Shown here piece after piece: positions 10,421 through 14,583 of a stretch of 14,583 nt of DNA. Position numbers and translations under genes: made by a program. The stretch is from Oligoflexia bacterium (GTDB taxonomy: Bacteria; Bdellovibrionota; UBA1018), in contig JAYTHP010000091.1 of assembly GCA_043732485.1 (NCBI GenBank), forward strand, positions 1 to 14,583, in the 5' to 3' direction. The notes beneath the pieces are model-generated. The model saw only the letters and a program-made list of their open reading frames with translations. It did no database searches and was not told the DNA's origin. Positions within the stretch are counted from its first letter, which is position 1. Each line of letters starts with the position of its first letter.

Positions 10421-11035
10421 TCAAATCTTTACTCTCGCCTCGGGCGGGGGCTGAGGACCAACTGCTTGCGCCGTTGCGCGAGTCTCCCACGCGCTCCTCC
10501 CGCCGTCTCCACCTTCAACGCGCTCGGTTAACTCAGTGAGCGGGATTTGTGCTAAAAATTGTACAATTCTCCGGTTTAGCTGCCCCATCACTTGCTTAAG
10601 CTCGCAGTGCGGCTCGTAGGCACAGTCCTTGGCGGTCACCGGACCGTCAGACAACTTCCCAGGACTGCCTGCGGGTACACCCACGAAGGCTGGTGAGAGG
10701 CCGTCGCCTAAAACATTCGAAGGTAAAGCACTCGCCGGGGAGGGCAACAAACAGTTGACCAGCGACTGCGGCCCCTCCATCAGCTCCAAAAAATCGACCA
10801 ACGAGACCGCCGCAAGCTCGCGGTGTAACCGATAGCCGCCTTTGGATCCTTGCGCGGAACGAATTAAGCCGCCGTCTTTGAGGCGCTGTAAGGTCTTAGC
10901 CGTCATCTCAAACGGAAAGCCATAATGCTCTGCAATTTCACGTGCGCTCGTTACCTCAGCAGGCTGATGCTGCTTCGTCGTCATATGCCTCAGCGCAATC
11001 AGGCCATATTCGGTGACGCGGTTCAATTTGATCAT
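10421..11035 (-). CDS. Rrf2-family Fe-S cluster assembly transcription regulator (IscR-like, atypical Cys spacing)
   Basis: Rrf2 winged-helix motifs TEYGLIAL, SAREIAE, LQRLKDGGLIRSAQGSKGGYRL and LELMEGP. Three Cys (95, 138, 144). First gene of the isc operon. Confidence 0.92.
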   Translation of the reverse strand: MIKLNRVTEYGLIALRHMTTKQHQPAEVTSAREIAEHYGFPFEMTAKTLQRLKDGGLIRSAQGSKGGYRLHRELAAVSLVDFLELMEGPQSLVNCLLPSPASALPSNVLGDGLSPAFVGVPAGSPGKLSDGPVTAKDCAYEPHCELKQVMGQLNRRIVQFLAQIPLTELTERVEGGDGGRSAWETRATAQAVGPQPPPEARVKI

Positions 11036-11043
11036 AATCTCTA

Positions 11044-11072
11044 TATATACGACCTTTAGAGTCCGATTTCAA
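11044..11072 (-). promoter_or_regulatory. Candidate sigma70 promoter of the isc operon (TTGAAA-N17-TATATA)
   Basis: Minus strand reads TTGAAA tcggactctaaaggtcg TATATA tagagatt ATG. The -10 element lacks the conserved last T. Confidence 0.45.
11045..11069. promoter_or_regulatory. Putative Rrf2/IscR type-1-like autoregulatory operator
   Basis: ATATACGACCTTTAGAGTCCGATTT fits ATA-N3-GAC-N7-GTC-N3-T(A/T)T, the 25-bp geometry of E. coli IscR type-1 sites. It lies just upstream of the Rrf2 start codon. Confidence 0.65.
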
Positions 11073-11540
11073 GCAAAACCGACGATTTCACCCCCTCCCC
11101 CCGCGAAAGGTCCTCAGCACAGTAACGATCCAACGACGCCCGCCAGGAAGCGCCCCTTAACTCAACAACCGAGCACCAGGGGTAGGGACGGTTGGCCCCG
11201 GGTCTCTACTGCCTCTTCATTTACTTTACTGCTTACTCTACTGTTCTCTTTTTCCCCCTAAATACCCTCTTACCGGCCCACCAACCGTTGTCGACACCAT
11301 TCCCGCTCGCGTCTCTGGTCGCGTTAAAAGACACACCCAGAAACACACTTTTCCTATTATTTTTTTATACTTAGTGCACGACAAGTCCATCCACGCCACA
11401 AAAATAGGATCAATCACTGGGACAAGGGTCAGCTGTCGTACTCGAAGAGCGGCAACTCACTCAGGCAACTAATTACTTTTATTGGTTAAATTCAAAGTGA
11501 GGCCCACACCACACAACGAACCTCCCCCAAGCCCTTGCCT

Positions 11541-11565
11541 ATACTTGACTATTTTACCCGGATAT
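11541..11565. promoter_or_regulatory. IscR type-1-like box overlapping the divergent promoter
   Basis: ATACTTGACTATTTTACCCGGATAT matches 22 of 25 positions of the E. coli type-1 consensus ATASYYGACTRWWWYAGTCRRSTAT (consensus as recalled). Confidence 0.6.
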
Positions 11566-11573
11566 ATTATATT
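11545..11573 (+). promoter_or_regulatory. Sigma70 promoter TTGACT-N17-TATATT, predicted TSS near 11580
   Basis: Both hexamers match consensus at 5 of 6 positions, with an exact 17-bp spacer in an AT-rich patch. Confidence 0.75.
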
Positions 11574-11579
11574 TGTATT

Positions 11580-11850
11580 AGATTAGGCGACGGGGAAACG
11601 GGTGCGGTGCCGGTTTGACGCTCTGCTTGACGCTAGTCGCTTCGAGCTTAGGGGTCATGAGGCCGAGACCCAGGCTCGATCAGTCCTACCGAGCGTGGGA
11701 CGAGGCCTGGGACTTTAAGGCCTACATCGCAGGAAACATTTAGAGGATAGAGGGGCATCCCGTGTGGTGGCTCCACTGTCATAGCCAAAGTGACGGCCGC
11801 GGACGTCTAGTTTTAACCTGTCTTTGGATCAAAGCACAAAGGAGTACTCG
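11580..11850 (+). ncRNA. Putative structured 5' leader or small RNA (family not recognised)
   Basis: Stems AGGCGAC/GTCGCTT (11585-91/11636-42); nested AGGCC/GGCCT, CCCAGGC/GCCTGGG and GTCCTAC/GTGGGAC (11660-11723); CTGTCAT/GTGACGG (11776-96); CTTTG/CAAAG (11822-34). Confidence 0.4.
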
Positions 11851-11852
11851 AT

Positions 11853-14177
11853 ATGCCATGCCCCTTCCATCAGCAGTCAGCTGGAAAAACTATCCGCCCA
11901 CTCACTCCTTCGTGCTCCGTGAGTCAATCCTTGACTCACGAAGCGAGAGCAACCCTGGCTTCTTGGAGCCCTGGAGCGGAATGCATGAACAGCAACACTT
12001 TGGATCTCTCCCCTAGCGTTCTTGCAAGTCCTGCAGCAACTCCTGCAGCCCGCGCTTCTTTAAAGGCGACTTTGAGCCTGGTCGTAGCAGTTGCCTCCGT
12101 AAGCTCGCTTCTCGCACCGTCACTTGCTCAGGCCGCACGCAGCGTCACTGGCAGCGTACCGGAAAATGCCAGTACACGCGATACCGATAGCGAGAGTAAT
12201 CCATCGCTGCACTCTGCCCGATCGTCTTTCGCCCCTAGCCAGGCAGAAGCAAGCGCAGCGCCAGGCGCACATGCCAGTGCAGCAGCCAGTCAAAGCTCCT
12301 CCGCGGCGCAGAAGAAACCTAGCCGATCGCAGCGGTTTGTGAGCTCCGTGAAAAACTTTATTGCCAAGAAGAGCAATCCAACTCAGAATACAGGTTCCGT
12401 AGGCCATGATGCAACTTCTCTTGCAGCAGCACAAAATGCATCACAAAATACTTCAGGAGACCCTCAGGAATCGATCCACGCCTCATCAGGTACTTCCTCA
12501 CGTAGTGACGAAACCTCACCCCTGCCAAATGGACGAACGACCGATGGAACGGTCCAAAGCCGAGCAGCAAAGTTGATTCAGTTTGTCACAAGACCCTTTA
12601 CGCCACTCACAGAAGCAGAACGCTATAAGCAAGAGGAGCTGAAAAAAGCAGGAGGCGCCGCTGATCGGGCCAAACTTGATTTCCAAGGATCGCTTAAAAA
12701 TGGTAGCGCCTTGAGATTTCCCTCCGATTCGGAACATCACCCTGAGAGTAAATTCGAGGTTTATAAAGCCAAAATCACTAATTATTTAAATAGAAAAATC
12801 ACTAACGAAGCCAAGAGAGATCAAGAAATTGATCGCAAGCTCAACAAACGTGAACGTGAAGCCTACGAACAAAACATTGAAATCAACCATAATGGAAAGG
12901 CACAAAACCAGACAAACCCGCAAACCTCTAGACAAGTAGCAGTGAATCGCGGCGGCGGACCGCCTGTGGCCGAAGACCTGCTCACGCTGAGAGTCAAAGC
13001 ACTACAGGAAAAACTAGCAAGCCTTCCTACGGAAAACCCAGCACACCGTGCTGTCCGTCAGACTACGCTCGATCAACTGGCACAAGATGCAAAACAGTTA
13101 GCCACTGAGAAGCGAAACGTTACCGAAGAAGTTTTAGAACAACAAGAGGTGCTGGCAAACCAAGCCAGGGAAAAACAGCAACTACCAGAAAACCATGTCT
13201 TATCAAAAGCTCTCAAGGAGAAATGGGATCATAAAAAAACGATCGACACCAGTATTAATCAAAAAAAGCAGGAGATCACGCAGCTCCGTCAAAGCATCCC
13301 TGATGCTCAAAGAGATAAAAACGGCAAGCTGTGGTCGATTCAGGAATTTGAGGCCGCACTTCAAACTCATGATAGTCGACTGGCAGCCGCCAATGCTGAG
13401 TTAGTTCATCTGCTACGCGCTCATAACGAAGTGGTGACCGATGCAACTGATGCTGGCGCAGTGAAAAAAGCCAACGCCCGCGCTCTCAAGGAGCTGCGCA
13501 AAACTAAAGCTATCGTTAGGACTGCTTTGAAAGAACACACTGCCAAGCTTGCAGTGACCGAAGGAAAAATAAGAACAGCTCAATCGAAGCTCGATGCACT
13601 CCACTCCGCTCTCAACGTTGCGACGGCAGCGAACCAGACGCGAACCGAATCTTCACAGGTACGAGACGCTAAGGTCGCAGCGCAACAAGCCAGTGCTCAA
13701 AAAAGAGCTGATCTTTCTGCACAAATTGCTGCACTCAATGCCCAATTAGAAGAAGAGAACAGAATAGGCGGACGGGCGCAAGCCGAAGCACTTGCAGCTG
13801 CTCGCGTTTTGCAGGAGGCGGATGATCTGAAGCTCAGAACCGCAGAGGAACTTCACACCACCTTTCTCAGGGCCGGAGAGCAACCCTCCTCAGCTTCTGC
13901 TGCTGCAAGGACCCACACCGCCGTCAAGAGTAATCCAGAGCAGCCACCAGGAATGCTACCTTTGTTGCCTCCTCCTCCTCCTCCGCCTGCACCAGCAGCT
14001 GCTGCACCGGCTGTTGCCCCCCCTCCTGCTCCTGCTGCAGGAGTGAATGCCCAAGAAGGAGGGTCGGCTGAAGCGGTCCCACTTTCCGCTCGGGGAACTG
14101 TCGAGAGGGTTTCTGTCGGAACCCAGACTGATCTTTCAGTCCCAAGCCAAATTCCTGCCCCCGCCGTTGGCCCTTAA
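11853..14177 (+). CDS. Hypothetical exported protein: signal-like segment, Ser/Ala-rich disordered region, long coiled coil and Pro-rich C-terminus (alternative start ATG 11985)
   Basis: 774-aa ORF. AAGGAG lies 8 nt before ATG 11853 and GGAG 8 nt before ATG 11985. It has a hydrophobic stretch LSLVVAVASVSSLLAPSLAQA ending in A-Q-A, a heptad-like A/L/E/K/Q-rich central region, and a P7 tract. Confidence 0.85.
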   Translation: MPCPFHQQSAGKTIRPLTPSCSVSQSLTHEARATLASWSPGAECMNSNTLDLSPSVLASPAATPAARASLKATLSLVVAVASVSSLLAPSLAQAARSVTGSVPENASTRDTDSESNPSLHSARSSFAPSQAEASAAPGAHASAAASQSSSAAQKKPSRSQRFVSSVKNFIAKKSNPTQNTGSVGHDATSLAAAQNASQNTSGDPQESIHASSGTSSRSDETSPLPNGRTTDGTVQSRAAKLIQFVTRPFTPLTEAERYKQEELKKAGGAADRAKLDFQGSLKNGSALRFPSDSEHHPESKFEVYKAKITNYLNRKITNEAKRDQEIDRKLNKREREAYEQNIEINHNGKAQNQTNPQTSRQVAVNRGGGPPVAEDLLTLRVKALQEKLASLPTENPAHRAVRQTTLDQLAQDAKQLATEKRNVTEEVLEQQEVLANQAREKQQLPENHVLSKALKEKWDHKKTIDTSINQKKQEITQLRQSIPDAQRDKNGKLWSIQEFEAALQTHDSRLAAANAELVHLLRAHNEVVTDATDAGAVKKANARALKELRKTKAIVRTALKEHTAKLAVTEGKIRTAQSKLDALHSALNVATAANQTRTESSQVRDAKVAAQQASAQKRADLSAQIAALNAQLEEENRIGGRAQAEALAAARVLQEADDLKLRTAEELHTTFLRAGEQPSSASAAARTHTAVKSNPEQPPGMLPLLPPPPPPPAPAAAAPAVAPPPAPAAGVNAQEGGSAEAVPLSARGTVERVSVGTQTDLSVPSQIPAPAVGP
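11918..11940. repeat. Perfect 10-bp inverted repeat CGTGAGTCAA-TCC-TTGACTCACG
   Basis: Read directly. The stem extends to 11913-11945 with one mismatch and one G-U pair. Confidence 0.9.
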
Positions 14178-14186
14178 GAATGGAAC

Positions 14187-14320
14187 ATCGTGAGAGGGAC
14201 AACACTTAGAGTGTGGTCCCTCCCCGGGAAGGGGAGTTGTCACGAGTGTCGGGAACCGCTTCGTTGACCCGATCCCTCATCGCCTGAATCGCTGAGGTGG
14301 CTTATCTGCGTGATCACGAT
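14187..14320. other. Multi-hairpin structured region immediately downstream of the 774-aa ORF
   Basis: Closing stem ATCGTGA/TCACGAT (14187-93/14314-20) encloses GAGGGAC/GTCCCTC, CTCCCC/GGGGAG, TCGGG/CCCGA and CCTCA/TGAGG. Confidence 0.45.
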
Positions 14321-14496
14321 AAATGACGTTCTTCTTTGCTCGCTCTTTGATGGTAAACTGCCCATATAACCCTGTTTCGCAATTGCCTTTTTTTGTTTAG
14401 TCTCCTGTTAACAGCAAAGACCACGAAAGAGCGGTGAAGATGGCAGGGTAGTCAATGGAGCGGCATTGAGCGTCAAATGGATCCCGTCAAGCGGCC

Positions 14497-14583
14497 ATGA
14501 CCGGCATTCGCACGACACCCGGAACGGACAGTAAGCACGCAATGATCCAGTGGCCTCCCAGCCACCCGCTCTACCGAGCGGCC
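14497..14583 (+). CDS. Possible 5' end of the next gene, truncated by the window edge (MTGIRTTPGTDSKHAMIQWPPSHPLYRAA...)
   Basis: Frame is open from ATG 14497 (or ATG 14542) to the edge. An extended -10-like TGGTAAACT lies at 14351-14359. Too short to identify. Confidence 0.25.
   Translation, partial: MTGIRTTPGTDSKHAMIQWPPSHPLYRAA

Noticed and set aside
4989..10835. Numerous short ORFs antisense to, or out of frame within, fdx, hscA, hscB, iscA, iscU, iscS and the Rrf2 gene
   Set aside because: Shadow ORFs overlapping well-supported conserved genes, with no independent motifs.
11013..11374. Two short plus-strand ORFs in the divergent intergenic region
   Set aside because: Low-complexity pyrimidine-rich sequence, weak start codons, and overlap with the isc promoter.
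11680..11725. c-di-GMP-I riboswitch call from GTGGGACG...GGCCTA
   Set aside because: No GNRA loop, GGCAAAC or GCAAAG elements. Kept only as an unassigned structured RNA.
14187..14320. tRNA, SRP RNA or tmRNA identity for the multibranch structure
   Set aside because: No T-loop GTTCRA, no CCA end, no SRP domain IV motif, and the dimensions do not fit.
11614..14477. 10-bp inverted repeat TTTGACGCTC/GAGCGTCAAA flanking the 774-aa ORF as mobile-element ends
   Set aside because: Short enough to occur by chance, with no transposase and no evident target-site duplication.

Overview
Bacterial genomic window, probably from Bdellovibrionota/Oligoflexia or a related delta-proteobacteria-like lineage. 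This placement is an inference from protein style and is not verified. The core is a minus-strand ISC iron-sulfur cluster operon: Rrf2/IscR-like regulator, iscS, iscU, iscA, hscB, hscA, fdx, with no iscX seen. It is followed on the same strand by an orphan OppA-family substrate-binding protein and a secreted GH16-like protein with a (Gly-Thr/Gly-Ser)42 linker. That gene converges on a decayed histidine-kinase ATPase fragment. Divergent from the isc operon is the most unusual unit. A near-consensus sigma70 promoter is overlapped by a strong IscR type-1-like box and followed by a structured ~270-nt leader. Next comes an unrecognised 774-aa, probably exported, coiled-coil protein ending in a polyproline tract and a dynein-light-chain (LC8)-type TQT motif, and then a structured 3' region. 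Several ISC proteins also have non-canonical features. All RNA structures and motifs were identified by eye; no searches were run.
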